A DNA stretch of 64,000 nucleotides from Fibrobacteria bacterium (GTDB taxonomy: Bacteria > Fibrobacterota > Fibrobacteria > UBA11236 > JADFYW01), in the NCBI GenBank assembly GCA_050294405.1, contig JBNKOC010000024.1, positions 96,001 to 160,000 of the forward strand, read 5' to 3'. Below, piece after piece: positions 38,801 to 48,665 of the stretch (the stretch's first letter is position 1; each line of letters starts with the position of its first letter). Both the position numbers and the translations under genes were made by a program. The notes beneath the pieces were generated by a model. It was not told the origin of the DNA and did not search any database. It saw only the letters and a list, made by a program, of their open reading frames with translations.

Positions 38801-40966
38801 CTGGCCAGCATCGTGGGAGGTTACGGCCAAGGCTAAATAGTTTTCCCGGGATAATGTTGTGTTTTCTCGTCCGACCTCAATCCAATTTGTTCCATCTTGA
38901 GAATAATAACCAATTGCAAGCCCGTCTTCGTCCTTATCAAGCCGCAACCACACCGGCGCCTGTATTCCGCCCACCGTGGTTTCTAAACTTGCCCCCCCCT
39001 CTGTTAATCTGCGCTGAAAGGAAACACCCCGACCGGGCGTTACAAAAATAGAGGCGTGAGCTGAATTGGGCTGCAATGTTTCCCGCGCCATGATCCCGGC
39101 TTTGGCCCAGGGGTTGGTATTTGCAATGGCATCTACCCAGACCCGGGACGAAGTAAAATATGTATGTCTGGGGGGAGTCATAGTGAATTGATCGCTATTG
39201 CCCCAAATATCCGCCCCTGTGCCTATTATATGATAATCATAATTGTAAGTTATTTCCAGGCATGACGTTTCATCAATTAAAGGAGGCGATCCGATGTTAA
39301 CACAAGATCCATTTTGGTATTCAAAAGTCATTGCATCATTCCCTGGAGATGACACATTGATAATGGACAACCCAGAAGTGCTTCCATCCCACCAATTTGA
39401 GCTGGGAATTGATTTTGCCGTAAAGTCCGTTTTATTGCCAATTTTATAAAAGTCTGCGTCTTCGGCATTTCTGAGATTATAAAACGGAGGGCTATTGGGG
39501 GGATAACTTATATCCGGAGTTTCCAAATCAAACTTCCCATCCGCCTGCTCTACGGAAACCCTATAATGCATTTCTGGTGTTCTATCTGGTTGATTGTTGT
39601 AGGGAACTCCCATATCAATGTGCCAAATTACCAATCCATCGCCGGCTAAATTTTGGTACCGACCCTCGCGTTTCATATACTCCACCATAAAAAATTCATT
39701 GGTATTATTAACATTTAAATATCGAGGAGTTAAAAAATCACCCAATGTTTCCGAAACTGTTGTCCCGTTGGCCATACCGTTCAAATCAACAATATCTTCC
39801 CAACCTGCTTCCCATCGGAGAAAAGGGTTGGGAGGCAAAGGATTTCCTTGAATTAGGGATGTACCAGCATATAACCCCATTAAGCCAAACTGACCTATTC
39901 CACTGGATTTTCTGTTTGCGTCATAAAGGTCGGGCCATCGCATTATCAAATGTCCAGTTTCATGACAAAATGTTCCAATAGTAAAAGAGGTATTTATGGG
40001 AGCCATCTGATAGTAGTAGCCCACTACCCCATCTGCTCCAAAGTCTCCAGGTTGTAATTGTCCACGATGAGGCCAAAATCCCTCTCCAGATTTATTATCG
40101 CTGGGAACACTACCAGTATATAAAATGTTAATTGCTTCGATGTTATTCCCATCCACAAGAGTAAGTTGGCTAAAATCGTATCCACTGGGGCTATTTTCTA
40201 ATGCGGTGAGAGCCTCAGCTATGAGTTCGCGAACGCGGCTTTTGCTTGGAATGCCCGGACCTGGCTTATTTGCCTCAACATCAGAATAATATTCTTTGGG
40301 CTTTTCCGCAATATAATAGTCTATCACATCACTACTGAGGTCGAGCTTTCCATTGGATACATCTAAAAAAAAGTCCCGAACGGATCCGTTATTTCCACCT
40401 TCATTGTAGCCTTCCATATTTAAGGCCTCATCAATTGAATTCCTGGGTATGTCGATTGGCTCAGGATTTCCATTCTCATCTTTAAATCCAATTAATAAGG
40501 TTATGCCACGGTGCTGCCCTGTTACCGGATAAGTAGGAACCGGTGGGGTTGTAGGAGGCGGGCCTTCAACTTCTAAGTTTAGTACGGGAGCACCACTTGC
40601 AGCTTCTTCTTCTGCAATTCGCTCATCTATAATGGCCTGAATCGCTTCCTGAGACAAACTTCCTCCCTCATAGGTCTCTCCTTCGGGAAGAATACGTTCT
40701 CCAGTATAGATATTACCCGTGGAAACCCAAGCGGTTTTATCTTCATTTACAACAGCGTAACAGAGAAAGCGGGAAATAGGATCGGCTACAAGTGGAAATC
40801 CATCAATGGAACGGATTTCTCCATAATATTCCCCACCGGTAACAAGCACCTGAACCGCTGTGCCGTCCGGCTGCTCCATATCCATTAAAGTGTTGTAGTA
40901 AGCCGAACTAAAAACCAATTTCATACCCCAGGTAAGTATGAATAAAATTAAAGTGATTTTTTTCAT
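35813..40966 (-). CDS. M6 (immune inhibitor A-like) metalloprotease with 3 DUF1349/ConA-like, InlB-B-like, nidogen-like and PA14 domains
   Basis: QPDG prodomain; NNGSVRDFF; CHETGH...WPDLY; three G.DIW...DQF...WAKAG.M.R...GLAVTSH repeats; LGFNFPFYG; YGTRISGYL...SGFYTFWLASDN. Confidence 0.88.
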   Translation of the reverse strand: MKKITLILFILTWGMKLVFSSAYYNTLMDMEQPDGTAVQVLVTGGEYYGEIRSIDGFPLVADPISRFLCYAVVNEDKTAWVSTGNIYTGERILPEGETYEGGSLSQEAIQAIIDERIAEEEAASGAPVLNLEVEGPPPTTPPVPTYPVTGQHRGITLLIGFKDENGNPEPIDIPRNSIDEALNMEGYNEGGNNGSVRDFFLDVSNGKLDLSSDVIDYYIAEKPKEYYSDVEANKPGPGIPSKSRVRELIAEALTALENSPSGYDFSQLTLVDGNNIEAINILYTGSVPSDNKSGEGFWPHRGQLQPGDFGADGVVGYYYQMAPINTSFTIGTFCHETGHLIMRWPDLYDANRKSSGIGQFGLMGLYAGTSLIQGNPLPPNPFLRWEAGWEDIVDLNGMANGTTVSETLGDFLTPRYLNVNNTNEFFMVEYMKREGRYQNLAGDGLVIWHIDMGVPYNNQPDRTPEMHYRVSVEQADGKFDLETPDISYPPNSPPFYNLRNAEDADFYKIGNKTDFTAKSIPSSNWWDGSTSGLSIINVSSPGNDAMTFEYQNGSCVNIGSPPLIDETSCLEITYNYDYHIIGTGADIWGNSDQFTMTPPRHTYFTSSRVWVDAIANTNPWAKAGIMARETLQPNSAHASIFVTPGRGVSFQRRLTEGGASLETTVGGIQAPVWLRLDKDEDGLAIGYYSQDGTNWIEVGRENTTLSRENYLALAVTSHDAGQVAAAHFQQFQFEQKITVTTSSSPNGSVTPEGVTTLNVGELFWVTITPDPGYEVEEFFIDGQSLGKRDDQFYVFDPIEESHTVHVDFARFSEVNVQVTLNGEPVDFAPVTYTNLGNNKSYYQYTDANGVLNLRLPYSQYEFGIYDDGAKGLTAIPQVVQIDNSVENITIEALPAIEYSPLDIHEVLLGNNNKTLDWKITNNMTEPYSFDINYSKEYFSLYSFEGFYAPYQWNSIETTGENLASLSENNNVSVTKTLGFNFPFYGEEYDQIYISSNGVISVLGPVETNFYDNSQLPGYPGIIAGYWTSFKSWPFGDVFFQDFGDHVIIQYNNVTDNSSTNVYSFQIVLYENGNIFFHYNYLAEAQPFFTGLQSPDGTQNLTTFDKDETESTSEMSIGIFPSSWEWLQIPFTNATVQPGETITIPIRFNSNPDILSGVYRKNYLTTRQIGSTGSNYLDAKIPVALSFFQILNEDRFSGDIGSPALAGNLEHSGNTYNIQAAGSDIYGSVDQFYFYSEKTEGDVSITAKVNFLENTDPWAKSGVMIRASQDADAANVMMTVTPENGVSFQYRSYTSGQTNYNKIPGFRSPVALKLARKGNQFTGYYSLNGLDWTVAGTVNINMPAETYSGLAVTSHNPGVLTSTQVSDFRIERQWGWQSYNIGDPLYEGTVTQTGNNFVITGGGKDIWNEEDQFHLVSRSEEGRFSITARVDTIDFTNNWAKAALMVRKNTSAASQFAMVGVTPNRGVFFQYRAVSGGLCESFQITGIKAPVWVKLEKLGDEIIGYYSKDGSPWTLVGSSDFDMGDDVQAGMAVTSHNNSLLAMAAFSSVELNPSLVAGTVLRDVWYNIAGDGLQNLYNDSRYQNDNPDESDYPVILDSYLDWADTYGTRISGYLIPEASGFYTFWLASDNEGKLFLSPDEEPNNANEIAYVNSWTGYQQWDKYPSQQSIQIYLDAGKAYYIEALQKEGLGADNLSVAWEGPGFSRTVIPGEYLAPFLE

Positions 40967-41107
40967 GATAATTTACCCCTATTCGATTAAGTGGTTACTT
41001 CTGGCCCAGCACCCAGGAAAATTTTGAAGGGCAAAAAGTATGCTTAATAAGCAATTTCAATTTACTTTCAAAAAGTTACCCAGAAGAATCCAACGCAAGG
41101 AATCCTT

Positions 41108-41146
41108 GTGACGAAATGCACTATGATGGTGTGAAATGCACCAAAA
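41108..41146. promoter_or_regulatory. tandem GAAATGCAC repeat / NtrC-like site
   Basis: GAAATGCAC at 41113 and 41133; TGCACTATGATGGTGTG (41117-41133) resembles TGCACYA-N3-TGGTGCA. Confidence 0.4.
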
Positions 41147-41306
41147 AGACTAGTAACAGTTTATTTATGGAGATTTTGTGCGGCGCTATCTAACTTCTCG
41201 AGGAAAATAAAAATTGAGGGCCGGGTTTTACCAATCCAATTGGGAACCTGGACAAACCTAAAACTGGAAGTCTTTGATGTTTATGGTAAACTATAAAAAC
41301 ATACTA

Positions 41307-42434
41307 CTATCTTACTCCAAACCTATATCCAAAGTTTAATGTTAGTGACTTTTCACTGTGAATATTTAACCTTTCAGATTCGAGTTTTATTATAAAGTCC
41401 ATTTTTTTATAAAAAGAAAAGCCTGTAGAGATGCTAAATAATCCTCCAAAATAATTTGAAAGATAATATGTTAAACCCACACCAATAAATGGAGAGTAAT
41501 TACCGCTAAGGAAAATATATCGACTTGAAGCCGGGAGTTTATATGCCCAGGATAAATTTCGGTTAAAGTAATTGTCAGTATAAAATACTTTCATAAAAGA
41601 AAAACCCAATTGATGAGTAAGGTTTTCGCTTATTTCCGGATTAATTATATCAACATAATATCCGAATTCCATGCTTTCAACAATTTCTCTTACAGTCTCT
41701 AAATACATATAACCCGAAACCGGACCATGGGAAATCAAATATTTGTCTTTTACAATAAAAGTTTTTCTGGGAACCTCAGGATGGGCGTTATTTAAATCCA
41801 TTATCAAGGGAATAATATCTCTATCTTCAAACTTCAGGTTTTTAACTCTGTTTTTAAGATTTGGGTTATTATGAAAAAGTTCCAGTAACACCTTCTTGTA
41901 ATTATTATATACCACGTAATTGTAGTCCCATAATCTGTAACTTGCCAAAGATTCGTCATTTGGATCAATCCATTTTTCTTTTTGATCCAGAACATAATAA
42001 GAAGAATCAATTTTAAGAATATAGACATAGCTATTTGACTTGTTGTGGATAGTGTTTCTCTCCTCCTCAGGCAACTGCATTTTAAATAAATCGGCATAAC
42101 CCTCCAGCATTTTTTAGCTAACCGAAATTCTTTTGTCTTGCTCGAATCAGAATTCTCAGAAGAAACATATTGAATTTTTTTGAAATACCGTGGAATCATC
42201 CAAAAATATCAATTGATTAATTTGCGGGGCGGGAATTATTATTGGCTTTTTTTGATCAAAAGATTTTTTAAACTTCAAGCTTTTGCTAATATCGCTTTCT
42301 TTTATTCTTTCCACATAACCGTTAAGTTGGATTGAATCGCTTTTTAAAATTAAGGACTTTTTATAAAAAGAATTTTTAGCAAAAACAGGGCTGGAAATAA
42401 TACATAAAGTAACGAATAAGATTAAACTGTGCAT
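41307..42434 (-). pseudogene. outer-membrane beta-barrel-type protein split by two homopolymer frameshifts
   Basis: Signal peptide in 42156-42434; linker read in another frame; C-terminal LTLNFGYRF barrel strand; slips at A7 (42175-42181) and A6 (42110-42115). Confidence 0.65.
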
Positions 42435-42525
42435 GCTGTCTGATTATCAAATTAAACTCTTTTAAAAATAGCATCAATTATATTTTTAGAATTTAAATAA
42501 GTTTCATCCAATACCCCTCAACGCA

Positions 42526-42996
42526 CTATACAATTTTTTGCACCGAATATATTTTACCCCTAAATTCCAAAAAGTCCCCTTCTTTTTTATGAAAAAGGAT
42601 CTTTCCAAGGGGCGAACCCATAGATAAAGTCATAAATTCGAATCCTTGAAACATAACATTACCAATACTAACGCCAAATAAATAGTACATGTTATTGATA
42701 ATACAAATGGCACCAGGTTTTATTTCAGTATAACCAGATTGATAATCAATTTGTGAAAGAATTTGTAAAGACTTTTGGTGCAATTCTAATTGAAAGCCAT
42801 GTTTTTCCTTTTCAATATGCATCATGGCCCTTCCTGTTTCGTACTTATCGCCAGCACTGCTTTTTGTTTCAAGGTTAGCCGCATTTTGGGCGTTGTTTAT
42901 TGCCATATTTTCAAATTGAATTTTTTCTTCGATTATTCTTTTGCACTCTGCAAAGAGAGATATTTTAAAATCTAGAGTAATTAAGGATTCAGCCAT
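42526..42996 (-). CDS. GreA/GreB-like protein (Bacteroidota-type)
   Basis: ETKSSAGDKYETGRAMM coiled-coil tip; SMGSPLG. Confidence 0.75.
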   Translation of the reverse strand: MAESLITLDFKISLFAECKRIIEEKIQFENMAINNAQNAANLETKSSAGDKYETGRAMMHIEKEKHGFQLELHQKSLQILSQIDYQSGYTEIKPGAICIINNMYYLFGVSIGNVMFQGFEFMTLSMGSPLGKILFHKKEGDFLEFRGKIYSVQKIV

Positions 42997-43272
42997 TTTA
43001 ATTTTATTCGTTGAATTTAATTTGAACTAATTAGCATAAATTATGCATCCGCTAATTTCAGCTGTGGCTTGAAATACATACAAAAACAGACAATTTAAGT
43101 GATTTTAGGAATTTAGATAAATACCTGGCTAAGGAAATATGCTGTCCTATTTCATCTCCCTTTTGGGACCATGACAATACTTCAAGTAATATTTATTTTA
43201 TCGTTTAAACAATTTTTGGGCTGAGGGAAATTTCTGGGCATGGAGTTCCCTCAAAGTAATAAGGAGAGAAGT

Positions 43273-43962
43273 ATGGTGGCAAAATACTGTATCACTTGTA
43301 TTGCAATTTTAATTATGATGACGTTTATTCCAGGGCAAAATACTCCGGGAGTGAACCTATTTAACAACCCAGGCTTTGAATCGGGCACGGATTGGTGGGG
43401 ATTTGCAGATAGCTTGGGCGATAGTGGATCCGCCACAATTGATTTTTCCAGCTCAGAGGCCGCTCATTCAGGAAATAATGGTGCTAAAATAATTGTTAGC
43501 GAGCGTTCTGTTGAAAATTGGCATATTCAACTACAAACACCTCCTAATTGGACTGCAGCCATCGGGTATACCTATAAATTAACATTTTGGGCAAGGGTAG
43601 ATAGTTCTTCCAAATCTGTCCATGTAGCTATTCATGATGGCCCTCCGGATTACGAATACCAGGGCGGAACTGATTTTTACCTGGATACTGCCTGGCAACA
43701 ATTTGAAACCCAACGGATGAGTGACGTTGAGGGGGAAGGAGCAATGCGATTTAATATCTATGTAGGATCTTATACAGGAGTTTATTACTTCGACGATTTC
43801 GAAGTTATCGAAATGGAGCAAGTAAGCATTAAGCCAATTCAATTACCTAATAATGAGAAATATTTTTCTAACACACTATCGTCCCGGGACATAATTGGCC
43901 GTTCTACTCATGCAAGGCCACTTATGAAAGGAGTTCGCATAAATTGGCCTGTCAGCCCTTGA
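43273..43962 (+). CDS. stand-alone secreted carbohydrate-binding module (CBM4/9-like)
   Basis: AAGGAG RBS; NLFNNPGFESG; NWHIQLQ; YKLTFWAR; YYFDDFEV; RDIIGR tail. Confidence 0.8.
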   Translation: MVAKYCITCIAILIMMTFIPGQNTPGVNLFNNPGFESGTDWWGFADSLGDSGSATIDFSSSEAAHSGNNGAKIIVSERSVENWHIQLQTPPNWTAAIGYTYKLTFWARVDSSSKSVHVAIHDGPPDYEYQGGTDFYLDTAWQQFETQRMSDVEGEGAMRFNIYVGSYTGVYYFDDFEVIEMEQVSIKPIQLPNNEKYFSNTLSSRDIIGRSTHARPLMKGVRINWPVSP

Positions 43963-44059
43963 TATTCAAAACTATGACCACAGGAATTATGTAAAAATGG
44001 GGCTATAAGAGGTTATATTTTGTGTCCTGTAATAACCATTCAACCCAAGAGGAATCCTA

Positions 44060-45040
44060 ATGGCCAGAATTTTTGAAGACAACACGCAAAGCATTGGCAA
44101 TACACCCTTGGTAAAACTCAAAATGGGTACCCAAGCAAATATTTACGCCAAAATTGAAAGTCGCAATCCCGCGAACTCAGTCAAATGCCGAATCGGAGCC
44201 AATATGATTTGGGCCGCCGAAAAGAACGGAACTTTAAAAGAAGGTATGGAACTTGTAGAGCCAACCAGTGGTAACACGGGCATAGCTCTAGCTTTTGTGG
44301 CAGCAGCTAAAGGTTACAAATTGACACTTACTATGCCCCACACCATGAGTCTAGAAAGACGACAATTAATGAAGGCTCTTGGAGCCAATATTGTTTTAAC
44401 AGATGGCGCCTTGGGAATGAAGGGAGCCCTTGCAAAAGCAGAAGAAATTGTGGCGGCCAATCCCGAAAAATGTTTACTGCTCAACCAATTTCAAAATCCT
44501 GCTAATCCCGAAATCCATGAAAAAACTACCGGACCTGAAATTTGGAGGGACACTGACGGTGAAATTGATGTTTTAGTAAGTGGCGTTGGAACCGGCGGAA
44601 CAATTTCCGGTATTTCTCGCTACATCAAACTGCAACAGGGAAAAAAGATTACCTCCATAGCGGTTGAGCCAATATCTTCACCCCAGATAAAAAGCGCTAA
44701 GGAAGGATTAACGCCCAGCCACGGTCCACATAAGATACAAGGCATCGGCGCAGGCTTTGTTCCAGACAATCTGGATTTGGAAATGGTGGATGAAACAATT
44801 CAAATAAGTGATGAAGAAGCCATGGAATTTGCCCATAAGCTTATGAAGGAAGAAGGTATACTGGCAGGTATTTCCAGTGGGGCGGCCGCAGCAGCAGCTT
44901 ACGGTATTTCCCAGAAAGAAGCATATAAAGGCAAATCCATTGTAGTCATTTTACCGGATTCAGGTGAACGCTATTTATCCACTGCTTTGTTTGCTGGAGC
45001 TTTTACTGAAAACGAAACGGTACAAGCAATTCAGGCATAA
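44060..45040 (+). CDS. cysK: cysteine synthase A
   Basis: SVKCRIG (PLP Lys); [35 protein letters not shown]. Confidence 0.96.
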   Translation: MARIFEDNTQSIGNTPLVKLKMGTQANIYAKIESRNPANSVKCRIGANMIWAAEKNGTLKEGMELVEPTSGNTGIALAFVAAAKGYKLTLTMPHTMSLERRQLMKALGANIVLTDGALGMKGALAKAEEIVAANPEKCLLLNQFQNPANPEIHEKTTGPEIWRDTDGEIDVLVSGVGTGGTISGISRYIKLQQGKKITSIAVEPISSPQIKSAKEGLTPSHGPHKIQGIGAGFVPDNLDLEMVDETIQISDEEAMEFAHKLMKEEGILAGISSGAAAAAAYGISQKEAYKGKSIVVILPDSGERYLSTALFAGAFTENETVQAIQA

Positions 45041-45049
45041 TTAAAAGCG

Positions 45050-45089
45050 CCCCTGTTGGTGTTTTGCTATTCCCAATGGGGGACATTTT
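45050..45089 (+). terminator. possible terminator hairpin
   Basis: CCCCTGTTGG...CCAATGGGGG 10-bp stem with two GU pairs after cysK; weak U tract. Confidence 0.4.
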
Positions 45090-45121
45090 ATAAACTGCTG
45101 TGTTTGTATTAAAACATGTAA

Positions 45122-46837
45122 CTAATCTATCCCCTGAATCATCAAAAACTGGTTGCCATTGTATTTTAAAATTGGCAATTGTTTTCCCTGCAAATTAAAA
45201 AGCCTTATGCCGGGGGGATAATTTAATTTATTATTTCGAAAATCACTTCCTGGAAATACAAACATCCTCTTGAAGCCTGTTCCCCTTTGCATTTGAATGG
45301 TATGCTTAAAGGAAATTCCCGCGACTCCATCCACAGAAGGCATCGGTTGCGGAGTAATGGTAGGTCCAAACGTTTCCAGTACATCAAAGCCTGTGATTTG
45401 TTTGACAAATTGCAAACGGTCGACAGCCAGTTGACGAGGGTCTACCTGGGTTAAAGAGTTATGGGTATGGTACACCAAAAACATTTCAGTGCTATCGGGG
45501 GACCAGGTAACGCAATGATGTCCTGCACCGTGTACCAGGGTGTTGGATTGTAGGATAGGGTTATATTCATATTTAGTCCAGGGCCCCAACGGGCTATCTG
45601 AGGTGGCATAACCCACTCCATAGGCCGGGCTTTCAAAATGGTTGGCGGAATATGTCATGTAATAGATACCATTATGTTTTAAGACAAATGGACCCTCGTT
45701 TACCGTTCCCTGATCTCTTTCCCACTCCTGGCTTACACCGAATTGATGGGTAAGCGTGGACTCTTTAATGGTTAGCATGTCATCGTTGAGTTCTGCTCCC
45801 CAAATCTCATTGCCAGCAGTAAAGCGTACAAAGTACAAGTAGTTTTTACCATCATCGTCGGCAAAAAAGTGCGCGTCTATCTCCTTAATATCAGTATGCA
45901 TGGGCTCCTGCGGCGCCTGGGTAAATGGCCCCAACGGATTGTCGGCAGTAGCCACTGCCAGATGTTCATCCACCGCGTAATACATGAAAAAAGTGCCACT
46001 TCGGTAAACAACCTCCGGGGCCCAAAACCAGCGGTCACCCCAGGAGTCGTCTTTATGCAACGCAAGCGTGGATTCACGGGTCCAATTGACCAGGTCGGTA
46101 GATGTGTATACCACAATGCCATTAGCGCTGCTTGTGCAATATAAATAATAAATGCCTTCATGTAGAAGGACGCCAGGGTCGGCCCCTGCTGCCAGTTGAT
46201 TGCTGTAGGTGGGCCCGGTTTCTGATGTATAGGAAGATACTTTGAAATTGGCGAACTGGGCTTCTGTATTAAAAATACGCATCCCAACGGAACCCTCTCC
46301 ATGTTCCACATCAAGAACATCGAATTTTGGGAACACTTCTTGAGTTCTGATTAGAAAATCATTTACCCAAAAGCGAATATGGGATCCGGCCACGATGGCT
46401 TTAAGGTGGTATAGTGAATCCGTAAAAATGGGAATGTTTTTCTGAGCAATCAAAGTCCAGTTGTTATTCATTTTTCCGATTACCGCCCTTTGATTGGCGG
46501 TGTTAATGCCAGCAAAATACCCACTAAATGAATCAACACCGGTGGCTGGATTAGTTACCCGAAATATCAGCCCTGCCTCACCTTCGCTCAAAAGGCGCAC
46601 GTCCACTTCTAATGAAAAATCCATAAAAGTCTGATCTTTAGCCACAACCTTAGAGCCATCTTCTCCGTCAGCACTTAGGACTCCATCTACCACGGTCCAA
46701 TTACCGCCATATACATCCCAATTGTCCAGGCCTGAAGAAAAATTATCGCTAAAACGTTCCTGGGCTGGGGTTGTCAGAGAAAGGCCCATAAAAGCCCCAA
46801 TAGCCCATCGAATAATAAGAAAGTACCCTAATTTCAT
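45122..46837 (-). CDS. GH43 glycoside hydrolase with N-terminal DUF1080-like domain
   Basis: GADPGV; FWAPEV; EIDAHFF; VNEGP; GAGHH; N-terminal WTVVDG...DFSLEVDV; LFNLQGKQL tail. Confidence 0.9.
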   Translation of the reverse strand: MKLGYFLIIRWAIGAFMGLSLTTPAQERFSDNFSSGLDNWDVYGGNWTVVDGVLSADGEDGSKVVAKDQTFMDFSLEVDVRLLSEGEAGLIFRVTNPATGVDSFSGYFAGINTANQRAVIGKMNNNWTLIAQKNIPIFTDSLYHLKAIVAGSHIRFWVNDFLIRTQEVFPKFDVLDVEHGEGSVGMRIFNTEAQFANFKVSSYTSETGPTYSNQLAAGADPGVLLHEGIYYLYCTSSANGIVVYTSTDLVNWTRESTLALHKDDSWGDRWFWAPEVVYRSGTFFMYYAVDEHLAVATADNPLGPFTQAPQEPMHTDIKEIDAHFFADDDGKNYLYFVRFTAGNEIWGAELNDDMLTIKESTLTHQFGVSQEWERDQGTVNEGPFVLKHNGIYYMTYSANHFESPAYGVGYATSDSPLGPWTKYEYNPILQSNTLVHGAGHHCVTWSPDSTEMFLVYHTHNSLTQVDPRQLAVDRLQFVKQITGFDVLETFGPTITPQPMPSVDGVAGISFKHTIQMQRGTGFKRMFVFPGSDFRNNKLNYPPGIRLFNLQGKQLPILKYNGNQFLMIQGID

Positions 46838-46924
46838 TTACCGCCCCAGATTATATTTTAATTTAATCTGCTAACGGTATCATGGAAAAAAAAGCTGAAA
46901 TAAATAACGGTTCAAAATTCGACC

Positions 46925-48127
46925 TTAACCGCAGCCGCCCTGGGCAACTTTAGCACCAAACTCTAATTTTACTTTTTTTGGATAATCCAGGTTTTCTATC
47001 CAATGGGCATCTGGTACCGAGAGAGGGTGGATTGAGCCCAAATATCCGTTCCAACCAGAAATAGGCTCCACAGGAGTTTGCATGAGATGCTGAAAAACTT
47101 TGGCCCAATTTTCCATCCCCCCTTTGAGAATATAAACGTTATTAATATCATAGGCTTTCATCTTTTTCCAAAGGGCTTCCGCCTCTAAGCCATTTTCAGA
47201 AATTAATATATGCACTACATTGGCATCCAAATAACGCATAGCCACAAGCTCTGTTTCAGTCATTAATTCTGAATCTAAATGTTTCACATCTTGTAAATGG
47301 AATTTATTGTAATCGGATTCATTACGAATATCTAACAGATTCAATTTTATCCGGGTATCAAACCAAATTTCTACTAATTCTCCTGGATGTATTGCATGTC
47401 CATTTTCCTGGAAAACCTTATTTACATCCGGTTTTACAGTTTTCCATCTTTCCAAAGGAGTAGGTTGTCCCAAAAAAATGGTTGCTGAAGCAGCTAAGAG
47501 TAAGATAGCTACTCCCCACAAGGGCAAACGGGCTTCATGTTCGCCGCCAAACCTGCTTTCCAGCCATTCTGCTCCCTTGAAAAAGGATATCGCCAATAAT
47601 ACCACCAGAAAAACGGTCCACCCCACAGAAATATTCAACCAATCCGGCAATATAAAACGCTGCGATACATCGCTGGACCACCAATTTACAAAGCTAGCGT
47701 CCACTGTGTTTCCAAATATGGCTACCCCTGCAAGACCGCCCAGTACAAAAAAGAGGCCATCTATTTTAAGGGTGGCCATGGACACCAGAGATGTTCCTGG
47801 ACAATAACCGCCAATTACAAACCCTATACCCATTACAATCCCCCCGACCACGCCAGGTAGCAAATAGGTCGGGTTTACCCAAAGATGAGTGTAGTCCACA
47901 AGCCCTAATCCAGAGGCCAAAAATATCAATAAGCAGGCGGTAATAATAGCCATAAACATAACCTTTAGCACAGTCATTTTATTGAGATAAAATTGGGCGG
48001 CCAATACTCTGGAATCTCCAAAACCCGATTGTTCCAGCACCGCCCCGAACAAAATTCCCAATATTAAATGCACCGCAAACAAGCCGGGGGTTCCACCTAA
48101 ATTTTCAAGAACTGATAATGGTGCCAT
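46925..48127 (-). CDS. YeeE/YedE sulfur-transport half fused to a Cys-less rhodanese, with C-terminal GGCG
   Basis: GFG...LAAQFY; GGYCPGT; LDIR...YNKFHL...ILISENG...YILKGG..W; ends AQGGCG. Confidence 0.88.
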   Translation of the reverse strand: MAPLSVLENLGGTPGLFAVHLILGILFGAVLEQSGFGDSRVLAAQFYLNKMTVLKVMFMAIITACLLIFLASGLGLVDYTHLWVNPTYLLPGVVGGIVMGIGFVIGGYCPGTSLVSMATLKIDGLFFVLGGLAGVAIFGNTVDASFVNWWSSDVSQRFILPDWLNISVGWTVFLVVLLAISFFKGAEWLESRFGGEHEARLPLWGVAILLLAASATIFLGQPTPLERWKTVKPDVNKVFQENGHAIHPGELVEIWFDTRIKLNLLDIRNESDYNKFHLQDVKHLDSELMTETELVAMRYLDANVVHILISENGLEAEALWKKMKAYDINNVYILKGGMENWAKVFQHLMQTPVEPISGWNGYLGSIHPLSVPDAHWIENLDYPKKVKLEFGAKVAQGGCG

Positions 48128-48136
48128 TGTTCCTCC

Positions 48137-48649
48137 TTAGGTCCATGCCTTTCGCATAAACCACGCGAACGCATACGCGCCCGCAAACATTGAAAACATA
48201 AAGGCCCAACTGCCAACTGAAAGCACAGCTCCCCCAGAAAGAGCTTGCCCTGAGGTACATCCCCTGGCCAATCGCGCTCCGTACCCCATAATTAACCCTC
48301 CGGCAAAGGCGAGCACCCAGCGCAATTTATTGTCAATGCGCGGTCCTTTACAGGTCTGTTTTTTGACTCTCCCTGAAAGTAGCCCCGATATAAAACCCCC
48401 GGCGATGACACCCACAAACAAGGGCAATAACCAGTGGTTGAAGGGATTTTTGTCTCCACCTGCCATCCCCAATAGGTAAGGAGTTTGATTAACATGCCCG
48501 GGTGCTAAAACATCTTCCACTCCAACTGCGATGCGACTCAGAGCGCCGGATGCTCCCAGGCCGTTTCCAGTTAGAAAAAAACTGGCAAATAAAACTATAC
48601 CCAGCAGCACCCCTCCCAAATAAGGATTTATGAATTTTCGCTTTTTCAT
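48137..48649 (-). CDS. YeeE/YedE sulfur-transport half
   Basis: NPYLGGVLLG; GLGASG; YGARLARGCTSG. Confidence 0.9.
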   Translation of the reverse strand: MKKRKFINPYLGGVLLGIVLFASFFLTGNGLGASGALSRIAVGVEDVLAPGHVNQTPYLLGMAGGDKNPFNHWLLPLFVGVIAGGFISGLLSGRVKKQTCKGPRIDNKLRWVLAFAGGLIMGYGARLARGCTSGQALSGGAVLSVGSWAFMFSMFAGAYAFAWFMRKAWT

Positions 48650-48665
48650 ATTACATTACTCCCGC

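Noticed and set aside
42526..42996. 3-oxoacyl-ACP synthase label often given to this family
   Set aside because: Too short and no thiolase motifs; GreA-like features instead
46925..46940. Selenocysteine in the GGCG tail
   Set aside because: Codon is TGC and the stop is TAA
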